Below, piece by piece: positions 44,206 to 53,326 of a stretch of 64,000 nucleotides of DNA (the stretch's first letter is position 1; every line of letters begins with the position of its first letter). The DNA lies in contig JAGXFP010000050.1 in NCBI GenBank assembly GCA_024637225.1, positions 11,905 through 75,904 of the forward strand, given 5' to 3'. The translations under genes and the position numbers were made by a program. A model generated the notes under the pieces. It had not been told where the DNA came from. It saw only the letters and a list, made by a program, of their open reading frames with translations, and made no database searches. This DNA comes from Desulfobacterales bacterium. Its GTDB lineage: Bacteria; Desulfobacterota; Desulfobulbia; Desulfobulbales; JAGXFP01.

Positions 44206-44682
44206 ATGAAGATTAATAAGTCGTATCTTGCCGTTCCCATTTTGGTCGGGGCTACCGCCTTTAGCCTCACCCTTTTGCAACAGGCGATTGCATCAAGCCA
44301 TAAGACCTCGATCAAGGAGGTCAAGCAGGAAACCCGGGAACTGGCCGAGACCCTGAAAGACTATTCCGCTGAACAACGGGATAAAGCGATCAAGGAAACC
44401 CGAAAAGCCCTGGACGATATAGACAAGAGTATCGCGTCACTGGAAGACGGGATCGACAGGGATTGGGACAAGATGAACAAAGCCGCCCGGCGCGAGGCCC
44501 GGCAAAGTCTGAAGGAGCTTCGCAGGCAACGCAACAAGGTCGCCGAATGGTACGGTAGTATGAAAAACAGTTCGGTCGAGGCCTGGGAACATATGAAGGA
44601 AGGTTTTTCGGATGCCTACGGCGAACTCTACGATGCCTGGAAATTGTCGACGGAGCAGTTCAAATCAGGGAACGGGGAATAA
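44206..44682 (+). CDS. Secreted helical hypothetical protein (158 aa)
   Basis: I trimmed the ORF to MKINKSYLAVPILVGATAFSLTLLQQAIA (signal peptide), which has GAGGAG upstream. The remainder is charged and helical. Confidence 0.5.
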   Translation: MKINKSYLAVPILVGATAFSLTLLQQAIASSHKTSIKEVKQETRELAETLKDYSAEQRDKAIKETRKALDDIDKSIASLEDGIDRDWDKMNKAARREARQSLKELRRQRNKVAEWYGSMKNSSVEAWEHMKEGFSDAYGELYDAWKLSTEQFKSGNGE

Positions 44683-44824
44683 CGACATTCACAAACGGCA
44701 CCTTGGACAGACCATTTATCTCCTAGCCTCCCGGCTGTCGGGTCCGCCGCAAAGCAGGCCCGCGACCTTGGAAACAAAAAGAAAAATAGATCCCGGTTCC
44801 TGAAATCATCAAAGGAGAACTCTG

Positions 44825-45250
44825 ATGGTAGTCTCAGATCTGCTTTTTTCCATTTTCCTCGCCTTGATTATTAGTGTTATTTTCGCTGGGATTATTCTCA
44901 GAAAAGGCCCGCGCCGGGGCTTCTTCTGGTTTTTCATGTTGATATTTCTTGCTGTCTTCGCCGTCGGCATCTGGGGTAAACCCTTTGGCACTCCCCTGTC
45001 CGGCTCAAACTGGCTGCCGTTTTTAATTTCCGGAGTGTTGATGGCCTTGTTGCTCATTCTGCTGGCCCCCAAACACCCCGAGGTGGGCCGCCAAAGTCAG
45101 TTTGATCGCGAAGAGACCATGGAGATGCTTGACAAGATCGAACAAGAGAAAAAGTTCACCACTCTGGCCTATATCTCGTTCAATGTCTTCTTGTGGGTCT
45201 TGCTGGCCATGATTCTGGTTGCAATCATCACAAGATTTTTAATCTTATAA
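44825..45250 (+). CDS. Hypothetical four-transmembrane-helix membrane protein (141 aa)
   Basis: AAAGGAGAA upstream. Hydrophobic helices. It ends 11 nt before ftsH. Confidence 0.5.
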   Translation: MVVSDLLFSIFLALIISVIFAGIILRKGPRRGFFWFFMLIFLAVFAVGIWGKPFGTPLSGSNWLPFLISGVLMALLLILLAPKHPEVGRQSQFDREETMEMLDKIEQEKKFTTLAYISFNVFLWVLLAMILVAIITRFLIL

Positions 45251-45261
45251 AAAGATTTTAG

Positions 45262-47163
45262 ATGGAAACCAGCCCGCGTCCCCCAGCCCAGTCCTCCCCG
45301 AATCAACAAAAATATTCATTGATTCTGTTATCCTTATTCCTCTGGCTGACTTTCATCTCCCTCTTCAATTTTTATAACTCCGGCCAGGGCACGGAGATGC
45401 TCTCCTACACCGATTTCAAGCAAAAAGCACGGGCCGGAGAGATCAGTTCGGTGACCATCAAGGGCAGCGAAATTACCGGTAACTTAGCCGCGCAGGACTC
45501 CGGAAAAAAAGAAGAGACGCGGCAACCTGACCGTTTCAAGACCATAATGCCGTCGGTCGAAGACAGTTCGCTTCTTGATCTTCTGGAAAACCAGAAAATA
45601 ACCATTCACGCCCAAAAGGAGGAGAGATCTATCTTCTGGAGCATCGTCATCTCGATGCTGCCCTGGCTTTTGATCATTGGTTTTTTCGTCTATACGAGCA
45701 GAAAGATGACCGAACGCTATAAAGGCGCCGACGGCCCCTTCAGTTTCGGCAAATCGAAGGCCAAGCTCTATACCAAATCCAAAGTAAGCACCACTTTCAA
45801 AGACGTGGCCGGACTCGATAACGCCAAACAGGAACTGATAGAGGTGGTCGACTTCCTGCGTAAGCCCGATAAGTATCAGGAACTGGGCGCGGAACTGCCA
45901 AAAGGAATCCTCCTGGTCGGACCGCCGGGAGTTGGCAAAACCCTGCTGGTCAGGGCTACCGCCGGTGAAGCCGATGTGACCTTCTACAGCATCAGCGGCA
46001 GCGAATTTATCGAGATGTTCGTCGGAGTGGGCGCCTCCCGGGTCCGCGACATGTTCGCCAATGCCAAAAAGGAAGCGCCGGCAATTGTTTTTATCGACGA
46101 GCTCGACTCCATCGGCCGGATTCGCGGCAGCGGGGTCGGCGGCGGTCATGACGAGCGGGAACAGACCCTGAACCAGATCCTTTCCGAAATGGACGGATTC
46201 TCACCCCAGGAATCGGTTATAGTAGTTGCGGCAACCAATCGCCCTGATGTACTCGATCCAGCCCTGATAAGACCGGGCCGCTTCGACCGCCAGATCACGC
46301 TCGACTATCCCAGCCGCGAAGCCCGCCGTAAAATTCTCGAACTGCATATCGGGGATAAACCGGTCGAAAAGAGCATTGATCTGGAAAGCCTTGCCGCCCG
46401 AACCGTCGGTTTTACCGGAGCCGACCTGAAGAACCTGGTCAACGAGGCGGTGATGATGGCCGCCCGCAAGGACAGGAAGAAGATCACCCGGGAGGACTTC
46501 GAGGAAGGCCGCGACAAGATTATTCTCGGCATTGCCCGAGAAGATCTGGTCACCGAAGACGAAAAAGACGTCATCGCCTGCCACGAGTCCGGACATGCCC
46601 TGATGGCGATTCTCACCCCCGGCGCCGATCCGATCAAGAAGGTGACCATCATCCCCCACGGCCGCTCCCTGGGGGCAACCGAACAAATCCCCAAGGAGGA
46701 TCAACACAATCTGGGCCGCAAGGCTTTGGTAAATCGTTTGAAAGTTCTTCTGGGAGGACAGGCCGCCGAAATTCTGACCTACGACGATATTACCACCGGC
46801 GCCGGCGATGATCTAAAAAAAGCCACCGAACTGGCCCGAAGGATGATTTCACAATGGGGAATGAGCGAGGAACTGGGACCGGTATCCTATCAACACGGCA
46901 CGCCTCATCCTTTCCTTGGCCGGCAGCTGTCCGAACCGAAAGATTACAGCGAAAAGACCGCCTGGCTGATCGACAAGGAGGTCCAGGATCTCCTCAACAA
47001 CATAAAAAAAGAGGCCATGGCAACCCTCGGCAGTCATCGTGATCAACTGGACCAGTTGCGCAAGGAACTTCGCAAGAAGGAAACCCTCTCGATCGACGAG
47101 ATCAGAAAATTGCTGGATATGAAAGAAGAAGAAAAAGGAGATAAAGGAAAAGCGAAAAAATAA
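45262..47163 (+). CDS. ftsH: ATP-dependent zinc metalloprotease FtsH
   Basis: Two N-terminal transmembrane helices. Walker A GPPGVGKT, Walker [12 protein letters not shown] region [19 protein letters not shown], and HESGH zinc site. Confidence 0.95.
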   Translation: METSPRPPAQSSPNQQKYSLILLSLFLWLTFISLFNFYNSGQGTEMLSYTDFKQKARAGEISSVTIKGSEITGNLAAQDSGKKEETRQPDRFKTIMPSVEDSSLLDLLENQKITIHAQKEERSIFWSIVISMLPWLLIIGFFVYTSRKMTERYKGADGPFSFGKSKAKLYTKSKVSTTFKDVAGLDNAKQELIEVVDFLRKPDKYQELGAELPKGILLVGPPGVGKTLLVRATAGEADVTFYSISGSEFIEMFVGVGASRVRDMFANAKKEAPAIVFIDELDSIGRIRGSGVGGGHDEREQTLNQILSEMDGFSPQESVIVVAATNRPDVLDPALIRPGRFDRQITLDYPSREARRKILELHIGDKPVEKSIDLESLAARTVGFTGADLKNLVNEAVMMAARKDRKKITREDFEEGRDKIILGIAREDLVTEDEKDVIACHESGHALMAILTPGADPIKKVTIIPHGRSLGATEQIPKEDQHNLGRKALVNRLKVLLGGQAAEILTYDDITTGAGDDLKKATELARRMISQWGMSEELGPVSYQHGTPHPFLGRQLSEPKDYSEKTAWLIDKEVQDLLNNIKKEAMATLGSHRDQLDQLRKELRKKETLSIDEIRKLLDMKEEEKGDKGKAKK

Positions 47164-47167
47164 AACC

Positions 47168-47218
47168 CAGAAGCGGCAAGCGGCCGGAAATCTTCCTTGA
47201 AACCACTTGCCGCTTCTG
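47168..47218. terminator. Stem-loop between convergent genes (likely bidirectional terminator)
   Basis: cagaagcggcaag-N25-cttgccgcttctg forms a perfect 13-bp stem. Confidence 0.5.
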
Positions 47219-47246
47219 AAAAGAATAATTAAATCAGAAAACCTTC

Positions 47247-47519
47247 CTAGCCCCCGTATTTCGCCGAGCCGTGTAGCTCTTCGATGGTTTTCCGCAGCTG
47301 GGCGATCTCAAGGCCCAGGGAGACGCACTGCTTTCCCTCCAGACATTTTTCTGCCTCCGGGGTCTCGATATAAGTTTTCAGTTCATGTTCATCCTTTTTC
47401 AAATCGATCACCCAGGCTTTTTGCGCCTCATCGTAAGCGACCTTGACGTCGATGCCGCAGGCTCCGATATCCGGGTAAATTTCGGTTATTTTTTTGCAGA
47501 TTTCTTCTTTGTTAAGCAT
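47247..47519 (-). CDS. Small hypothetical protein with four Cys (90 aa)
   Basis: AGGAGGTG upstream. It is the last gene of the rubrerythrin operon. Confidence 0.5.
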   Translation of the reverse strand: MLNKEEICKKITEIYPDIGACGIDVKVAYDEAQKAWVIDLKKDEHELKTYIETPEAEKCLEGKQCVSLGLEIAQLRKTIEELHGSAKYGG

Positions 47520-47548
47520 AGTGTCACCTCCTGTATATTTTTTTGGGG

Positions 47549-48220
47549 TTATTTCTCAAAAACGAGGGCTGATGAATCGGCTCCCAGTTCCTGCAGAAAG
47601 CGCCTCACGCCTTTGACAAACGACGGCGGCCCGCAGACATAGAACTGCTGCGCCAGGTCGGATATCTCTTCCTGGAGGAAATCTAAATCAACCCGTTCAT
47701 CGCTATAGCCGGGGCATTTTTCCCGGGTGCAGGTAAAAATGGACCGGTCGCCGAAGTAGTGCCGCAATTCATTCTCGCAAATCACGTCGGCCGGTGTTTT
47801 GTTGGAATAGATCAGTTTATTGCCGGCCAGCTCCCCTTGATCGGCCAGGTCCCTGAAAATGGCCAAGAATGGGGTGATCCCGGCCCCGGCGGCGATAAAG
47901 GTCCCCTTGCCCTGATAGGTTATGGCCCCGTAAGGAGAAGAGATCATGATCTCGCAACCGGGCTTGAGATCGTGCAGTTTCTCGGTAAAGCCGTGGTGGG
48001 CCGGATAGCCCTTGATGACAAACTCCAGCGCCTTGTCGTAAATCCGGCCGGTCGGAGTAAAGGGACGACTCTTGGGCCCGTCCCAGTCCGGATCGGCGAA
48101 AGAAAGCTTCACCGCCTGGCCCGGATTCCACTGAAAATCGTCAGGCCGGGAAAGCACGAAACTCCTGGTATCCGGCGTAACGAACCCGCTCATCAGCAGG
48201 GTAGCGGTAAAGTTCATCAT
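47549..48220 (-). CDS. Ferredoxin-NAD(P)+ reductase-like flavoprotein (FAD/NAD(P)-binding two-domain oxidoreductase, 223 aa)
   Basis: I trimmed the ORF to MMNFTATL..., which has AAGGAGAA upstream. RPFTP FAD-binding motif and GAGITPFLAIF NAD(P)-binding motif. Confidence 0.75.
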   Translation of the reverse strand: MMNFTATLLMSGFVTPDTRSFVLSRPDDFQWNPGQAVKLSFADPDWDGPKSRPFTPTGRIYDKALEFVIKGYPAHHGFTEKLHDLKPGCEIMISSPYGAITYQGKGTFIAAGAGITPFLAIFRDLADQGELAGNKLIYSNKTPADVICENELRHYFGDRSIFTCTREKCPGYSDERVDLDFLQEEISDLAQQFYVCGPPSFVKGVRRFLQELGADSSALVFEK

Positions 48221-48373
48221 TTCTCCTTGCAAAGCCCTGCTGCCCGGACCCGGCGGCAGCCGTGGCGGATACCGCCGCCTTTCCCGAGGTTCCTCCATTC
48301 ACCGGAGCCGGGCTGGTTTTTTTGATTGCCCGCTCCCGATCCGAAATTTATCCGGAGCGCCGCCCCTTGTCCG

Positions 48374-48574
48374 TCAACCACTGACCACCCCGGTGCCGTC
48401 GCAGGTCGGACAAACCTCCGAGGGGGTGCACTTGCAGTCGCTCCACTCCGACTCTCCCTGGGTGCCGCGCCACTCCATATCGCAGGTACAGGTGCCGGCT
48501 ATGGTTTTTTCGCCTTTGCATAACGGGCAGACCCTCTCCCCCTGACTGTTTCTCTCCCTAGGTAACTCGCACAT
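48374..48574 (-). CDS. Cys-rich mini-protein with DnaJ-type CxxCxGxG zinc-finger motifs (66 aa, 9 Cys)
   Basis: CPLCKGEK ... CPTCDGTG. GAGGAGGAAAG upstream. Confidence 0.5.
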   Translation of the reverse strand: MCELPRERNSQGERVCPLCKGEKTIAGTCTCDMEWRGTQGESEWSDCKCTPSEVCPTCDGTGVVSG

Positions 48575-48593
48575 ACTTTCCTCCTCTGGCGGT

Positions 48594-49142
48594 TTATTCG
48601 AAGGCGGTGAATTTTTCTTTCTTTGCGTTGCAGACCGGACACTTGTCCGGCGCCTCTCCTTCCATGGTATAGCCGCAGACTTCGCAGACCTGGACCGTGC
48701 CGAGTTCCGTGTCCTTGCCGCTCATCACATGCTGGTGTGCGCTAGTGAACAGTTTCTTATGCATCTTTTCGGTGGCGTAAGACCACTCGAATGAGCGCTG
48801 CGCCCCCTTTTCCCCCTGCATTCTGGCGACTTCGATATAAGAGGGGTACATCTCCTCGATCTCGAAGGTTTCGCCGTCAATCGCCAGTTGCAGGTTTTTT
48901 TCGGTATAGCCGGGGCCGAAGGCGCCCATACTGTTGGCCACGAAACCGCCCTTCAGGTGCTTGACCTCGCGGTAATGGTCGCCGGCATGGATAAACTCGG
49001 CATAGGCGATGGCCCGGAAGAGACGGGCCACATTGGCGAAATCCTCCTTTTCGGCCTGATTACCAAAATGAAGATAGCGCATATGGGCCATGCTCTCACC
49101 GCCGAAGGCGTTGATAAGGTGCTGTTCGGTCATCTGGTGCAT
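48594..49142 (-). CDS. rbr: Rubrerythrin
   Basis: Di-iron four-helix bundle (E..H motifs: GESMAHMRY, AYAEFIH) and a C-terminal rubredoxin-like domain CEVCGY...CPVC. Confidence 0.9.
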   Translation of the reverse strand: MHQMTEQHLINAFGGESMAHMRYLHFGNQAEKEDFANVARLFRAIAYAEFIHAGDHYREVKHLKGGFVANSMGAFGPGYTEKNLQLAIDGETFEIEEMYPSYIEVARMQGEKGAQRSFEWSYATEKMHKKLFTSAHQHVMSGKDTELGTVQVCEVCGYTMEGEAPDKCPVCNAKKEKFTAFE

Positions 49143-49463
49143 ATGTTTTCACCTCTATTGTAGTGGAAAAATCGATAAGATTGCCACAGGCTGTAAACTA
49201 ACTTGCCGACACCAATCTTTTTTCGCGCCGGATAATTCTAGGAAACCGTCCTTTTCCAGGACACCAATCATTCAGTAAAATTAATTGTATTATAGAAAAA
49301 CCGGGAGGTGCAAGTTATAAAATGGACAACCATTGCCTTGGAAAGGGAAGCCGTTGAACAGGAAGAAAGCTTAATTAATTGAATTAAATCTGCTATTCTA
49401 GACCGCCACAATTCAGGAGGCGTCAAACCTCACTCCATCAACCAGCCCAAAGAGAAACCAACC

Positions 49464-51578
49464 ATGCCGCCTTCCAGCAAATATCGGGCCTTCAGATTAT
49501 TGGTCTTTCTGATAATTACGATCCTGCCACTTTATTCGGTCTTTGTCATGACCCCGCTGTTCACCGACCTGATCTTCGGCAATTTGGAGGCCAGCGCCAT
49601 TAATTCGGCCAGACATCTTTCCCGGATGATCGTCGGCAGCCCGGGCATAACCGCGGCAAGCATCCCCTCCGAACTGGGGGAGGAATCAAGAAAATTCCTC
49701 AACGATTTCAAGATATTAAAAATCAAAATATTTTCGGTCGACGGCACCGTCGTTTTTTCAACAACCCCGGAGGACCTCGGCGAAACTTATCCCGATGCCG
49801 GCTTCTGGGGAAAAATAGCCAATGGGTCGAGCTATTCGAAGATCGTCAAGGAAAAAAAGCTTTCCGTCGACAATGAGTCCTTTCAGCATGATGTTATCGA
49901 AACCTATTATCCGCTGACCAGGGAAGGCAAACTGATCGGAGCCGTGGAAATATACACCAATGTCTCCCTGCAGCAGAAAGCCCTTTCCTCGCTCAAACTG
50001 AAACACAATCTGATGATAATCAGCATCCTGCTGTTGGTGACGGCGACCTTCATCATCGCCGGGGAAAAGGAAAAAAAGCATCGCAAAGAGCAGCACGACG
50101 CGCAAAACCGGATTCTTAACGCCAAGGTGGAGTGGGAGAAGACCTTTGACGCCATTGACGACGTAATCGCCATCATCGATCCTTCCTTCAACATCACAAG
50201 GATCAACAAGGCGGGCCGGGAGAGGCTCCATAGCGATTTTCCCGAACTGATCGATCACCGATGTCATGAGGTATTCGAGCAGTCATCCGAGGTCTGTCAC
50301 GATTGCCCCATTCCCCTGGTTATTGAAGACGGCAAGCCCCACCATATCGAAAAGCACACCCGCGCCACCGGGCAGACCCTGTGGATCTCGGCCGCGCCGC
50401 TCTTCGACGAATATGGTCATATAAACGGCTTTGTCCACACCTCCCGGGACATCACCCATCAACGCATCATGGAGCAACAGATCCAGAAAGGTCAGAAGAT
50501 GGACGCCCTGGCCGTATTGACCAAAGGCATAGCCCACAACTTCAGGAATATCCTGGCCGGCATCCTGATGAACAGTCAGGTCCTCCAGAGTAACCACGAG
50601 GACGATCCGCAAATCCAGGAAGTAACCTCCTGGATTAACGGTTCCGTCCAGGCCGGTTCGAGACTGGTCTCCGGGCTCATGCAGTTTTCCCAGCCAAAGA
50701 GAGAACGGGAATTTCAGGAAATCGACCTGGCCCAGCTGATTCCCGATGCCTACACCCTGATCAAAAGTTCGGTGGGCAAGGATGTCAACCTGACCTACGA
50801 GGCCCCGGAGTCCCTGGAAGTCATGGGGGATCCGGCCGCCCTTTTCCAGGTCCTGGCCAATATTTGCGCAAACTCCGCCGACGCCATGCCCCGGGGAGGG
50901 GATCTTAAAATCAAGCTTCTGGGAGTCGATGCCGAGGTTTCGATTATTATTACCGACACCGGTTCAGGCATGGATGAAAAGATTATCGACAAGGTTTTCG
51001 AACCATTCTTTACCACCAAGGAAGTCGACAAGGGAACCGGCCTGGGGCTCTCCTCCAGTTACGGGATAATCCGGGAACACGGCGGCGATATAAAAATAGA
51101 ATCCGCCTTGGGAATCGGGACCACGGCAACCATAACCTTGCCCCTCTGCGACCGCAGCGCCACCCGGAACCGGCTCACTCCCCTGAAGGACATCGAGGGA
51201 CTGGGCCAAAGAATCCTGATCGTCGACGACGAGGCGCAAGCCATTGTCCCGATGACCCGACTGCTCGATAAAATCGGCTACGAAACCGCCAGCGCCGCTA
51301 ATTGCCAAGAGGCCCTTGCCGCGCTCAACAGCTGGCAGCCCGACCTGATTATTCTCGATTACAATATGCCGACCGGCAACGGACTCGATTGCGCCGTGGA
51401 AATTAACCGCCTGAACCCGTCGGTAAGGATTATAATCCTCTCCGGCGACACAACCGAGAAGATCGAGGGAGTCATTGAGGAACGGAGGATAAATTTCATC
51501 AGCAGCTGTCTGGAAAAACCGATCGGCATCGACAAACTCGGTAAAGCCGTGGGACAGGCCCTGGATGAACCGGACTGA
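49464..51578 (+). CDS. Hybrid sensor histidine kinase / response regulator with periplasmic and PAS domains
   Basis: Two transmembrane helices flank a loop of about 150 aa. PAS domain, H-box LTKGIAHNFRNIL, HATPase (DTGSGMD, GTGLGLS), and a C-terminal receiver (ILIVDDE...LIILDYNMP). Confidence 0.9.
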   Translation: MPPSSKYRAFRLLVFLIITILPLYSVFVMTPLFTDLIFGNLEASAINSARHLSRMIVGSPGITAASIPSELGEESRKFLNDFKILKIKIFSVDGTVVFSTTPEDLGETYPDAGFWGKIANGSSYSKIVKEKKLSVDNESFQHDVIETYYPLTREGKLIGAVEIYTNVSLQQKALSSLKLKHNLMIISILLLVTATFIIAGEKEKKHRKEQHDAQNRILNAKVEWEKTFDAIDDVIAIIDPSFNITRINKAGRERLHSDFPELIDHRCHEVFEQSSEVCHDCPIPLVIEDGKPHHIEKHTRATGQTLWISAAPLFDEYGHINGFVHTSRDITHQRIMEQQIQKGQKMDALAVLTKGIAHNFRNILAGILMNSQVLQSNHEDDPQIQEVTSWINGSVQAGSRLVSGLMQFSQPKREREFQEIDLAQLIPDAYTLIKSSVGKDVNLTYEAPESLEVMGDPAALFQVLANICANSADAMPRGGDLKIKLLGVDAEVSIIITDTGSGMDEKIIDKVFEPFFTTKEVDKGTGLGLSSSYGIIREHGGDIKIESALGIGTTATITLPLCDRSATRNRLTPLKDIEGLGQRILIVDDEAQAIVPMTRLLDKIGYETASAANCQEALAALNSWQPDLIILDYNMPTGNGLDCAVEINRLNPSVRIIILSGDTTEKIEGVIEERRINFISSCLEKPIGIDKLGKAVGQALDEPD

Positions 51579-51623
51579 ACTGCGGATTTTTCTGGATATT
51601 TTTTGCTGATTCCTGAATTTGCT

Positions 51624-51669
51624 AAAAAAAACGGACCGTCCTCCAAACAGGGAGACGATCCGTTTTTTA
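51624..51669. terminator. Bidirectional rho-independent terminator
   Basis: aaaaaaa-acggaccgtcctcc-aaaca-gggagacgatccgt-ttttt. The stem is flanked by an A-run and a T-run, between convergent genes. Confidence 0.55.
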
Positions 51670-51695
51670 GTTGCAGACAGCCGGGAAACTGATTC

Positions 51696-52862
51696 TTAGA
51701 ACTCGGCGGCCAGCTGCAGGGTGTAGACATCCCAGTCGGCGCCGGTGCCGCCGTCGGCCACATCGTAATCCTCTTCGTTCAACCACTCCAGGGCCAGGGA
51801 GGTGCCGTCCATGATCTCCACCGCCACGGCGGTCACGATCCGTTTCTCGGCCAAACCGGCCCAGAGGGCCTCATCGGTCTCCTGATAACCGACGGCAACA
51901 TAGGCATCCCGGCCAGCCAGGGGGAAGAACACGCCCGCTTCAACGTTATAGGCGGAGATCCGTGAATTGCTCCCGGCCCCGCCCAGATCGTCATCGGCCC
52001 CGACATACTCGCCGATCAGGGTCACCGGTCCAAGGCCGGCGACCAGATGGGCGGCATAGCCGTCAACATAGTCGCTGACTACTTCGTCTCCCGGCGCGGC
52101 AATAATCGCACCGCTCAGCCCGTCGCTGTCGCGGATGGCGCTGGTCCAGCTGCCGCCGATATCGAAGCTCACCGCCTCGGCCTCGAAGGCGTATCCGGCG
52201 TTGGCCCCGTAATGCTCGACCACGTCGTCGCCACCGTCAACAAAATCGCCGTTAAAGCCGTAGAGCGAGGCATAAAAACCCGCCGCCTCGACCCCCGCCA
52301 GAATCGCGTCTTCCTGGGCTTCGCCGATCTCGAGGGTCAGGGGATCGGAGATCATCTGGGACTCGTAATTACCGAACGGCACGTACATTTTTCCCGCCGT
52401 CAGATAGAAGGGATTATTCAAGGTATTGCCGAGGGTGATAAAAGCCTCGTCAACCTGGAGATCCTCATCGTCCTCATAGAGGAGGAGGACATGGGCGGAG
52501 CTGAAGTCGCTGACCTCGGCCTCGACACCCAGTTCGACGGCGGCCACCGCAATATCACTCGCATTGAAGGTGTCATCTCCCTGTTCACCATCATTGTAAT
52601 TGGCCTCGACTTCAACCACGCCGCCGATAGTCAGCCGATCGCTCCAGGTCGGCTCGACCGGCGCGGGCTCGGTAATCCCGGCCGCGATCTCCACATTAAC
52701 CAGCTTGGACCAGATCTTGTCGATCTCGGCTTTCAGCTCCGCCTCGCCGGCATGGGAAACAGCCGGGATGACCGCCGCTGCAACCGCCGCCGCCAGCATA
52801 AAAGCCGTCCACGAAACAGCGCCCCGGAGGGAAAAACTCAACATTTCACCGCGGATTTTCAT
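51696..52862 (-). CDS. Outer-membrane porin-like beta-barrel protein (388 aa)
   Basis: I trimmed the ORF to MKIRGEML..., which has AGGAGAG upstream. Signal peptide ...AAVIPAVSHA. A short coiled segment is followed by a beta-strand pattern. C-terminal ...YTLQLAAEF. Confidence 0.55.
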   Translation of the reverse strand: MKIRGEMLSFSLRGAVSWTAFMLAAAVAAAVIPAVSHAGEAELKAEIDKIWSKLVNVEIAAGITEPAPVEPTWSDRLTIGGVVEVEANYNDGEQGDDTFNASDIAVAAVELGVEAEVSDFSSAHVLLLYEDDEDLQVDEAFITLGNTLNNPFYLTAGKMYVPFGNYESQMISDPLTLEIGEAQEDAILAGVEAAGFYASLYGFNGDFVDGGDDVVEHYGANAGYAFEAEAVSFDIGGSWTSAIRDSDGLSGAIIAAPGDEVVSDYVDGYAAHLVAGLGPVTLIGEYVGADDDLGGAGSNSRISAYNVEAGVFFPLAGRDAYVAVGYQETDEALWAGLAEKRIVTAVAVEIMDGTSLALEWLNEEDYDVADGGTGADWDVYTLQLAAEF

Positions 52863-53326
52863 GATCTCTCCTGTCATCAGAATAAATTTAATTACAAATA
52901 ATATGCGCAAGCCAGGCCCCCCTGAACCGCGACAAGTCGGCCCATATAAGAAAATGAGAGAGGAACAAAGTCAATTAAAAAAAAGTTCCATAAATCCGAA
53001 AATTACCTCTTCGAGCCCGGCAAATGCCACACCGTCGCACATAATCTCAGGGTCTCTGATTAACCTTGGAATCTAATTTGCTATAGATATCAACCAAATA
53101 CCATAAACGGATAAGAATAATTCCCCGACAAAAAAGCCTGACATAATCCTATCTATTAAATTATTTACAAGACTCCAATCTTTTGTTATATGTACCAGGA
53201 ATTCAAAAAAACTATACGCTTCATTGAATTACATGATAGAATGCGCGCTGTCCTTTGTAAGGGGGGGGCTTTCCGAATGTCATTACCAAATCTTTTTTCT
53301 ATCTCCAAAGGGTTGGAGACGAGCGC

